NCBI GenBank assembly: GCA_025453735.1 | Contig: JALOPY010000001.1 | Span: 1-25,197, forward strand | Source: a bacterium | GTDB taxonomy: Bacteria > Zhuqueibacterota > Zhuqueibacteria > Thermofontimicrobiales > Thermofontimicrobiaceae | DNA: 25,197 nt | Direction of reading: 5' to 3' | Shown: one piece after another, positions 24,799-25,197 of the stretch | Layout: each line of letters starts with the position of its first letter | Numbering within the stretch: position 1 is the first letter of the stretch | Notes under the pieces: model-generated | Told to the model about the DNA's origin: nothing | Databases searched by the model: none | What the model saw: the letters and a program-made list of their open reading frames with translations, nothing else | Made by a program: the position numbers and the translations under genes

Positions 24799-25197
24799 CT
24801 ATTCAGTCTTGCTAATGTTTTTTTTCTTCCCATTATTCTGTTTTTGCTGTTCCTGCTTTTCCCGAATTAAAAATTGTTTCAAGATCTGCTTTGCCCGATC
24901 ATATCGGACGCGGCCCTCATGCGCCATTTGATTGGCGACTTTAATTGCCATTTCTCCAATCGCGCCGGCAAAGACAGCAACGTTACGTGCGTGGAGCGTC
25001 ATGTGTCCTCTTTGAATCCCTTCCGTCGCTAATGTCCAGATCGCCGAAAAATTTTGGAGCAAGCCAGCCGCACCGCAGATCTCAGCCAGTTCCCTACTGG
25101 TTTTCACTTTCATTAATTTTAGCAAAATTTTCACTCCGGGATGAATCGAAGTGACGCCGCCAACGATTCCGAGCGACATCGGGATTTCCATTTCTCC
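24799..25197 (-). CDS. mvaA: Class II HMG-CoA reductase, C-terminal part (open at the window edge)
   Basis: PMSLGIVGGVTSIHP, ELAEICGAAGLLQNFSAIWTLATEGIQRGHMTLHARN (catalytic His in GHM); the frame is still open at 25197. Confidence 0.93.
   Translation of the reverse strand, partial: GEMEIPMSLGIVGGVTSIHPGVKILLKLMKVKTSRELAEICGAAGLLQNFSAIWTLATEGIQRGHMTLHARNVAVFAGAIGEMAIKVANQMAHEGRVRYDRAKQILKQFLIREKQEQQKQNNGKKKNISKTE

Overview
This is a gene-dense window from a diderm bacterium. The lineage is inferred to be FCB-related but outside the Bacteroidia (KSB1/Calditrichota-like), based on T9SS type-B CTD and PorP/SprF genes, a GWxTD protein, and canonical sigma70 promoter and Shine-Dalgarno signals. 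Positions 1-21789 (+ strand) are almost all cell-envelope genes. In order they encode: the tail of a T9SS type-B sorting-domain protein; a PorP/SprF barrel with an unusual C-terminal extension; an ExbB/TolQ fused to two Big-1 Ig-like domains; two ExbD/TolR paralogues; a non-canonical TonB-position protein; six divergent paralogues of one TPR (lipo)protein family with an invariant WDxGN motif, in two triplets separated by an orphan exported protein and a sigma70 promoter; a disordered Tyr/Trp-rich lipoprotein and a FadL-like barrel behind a sigmaE-type promoter; a GWxTD/TPR protein; and an RmlD-like SDR. Positions 21894-25197 (- strand) hold a mevalonate operon (class II HMG-CoA reductase, mevalonate kinase, UbiX and a short archaeal-like UbiD), which points to the archaeal (anhydromevalonate) pathway in a bacterium. 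The two main candidates are (1) a pmf-motor/T9SS-shuttle/TPR-array envelope machine that matches no system I can name and (2) the archaeal-type MVA pathway. I saw no rRNA, tRNA, CRISPR array or mobile element. All family calls come from motif recognition by eye; no database search was run.
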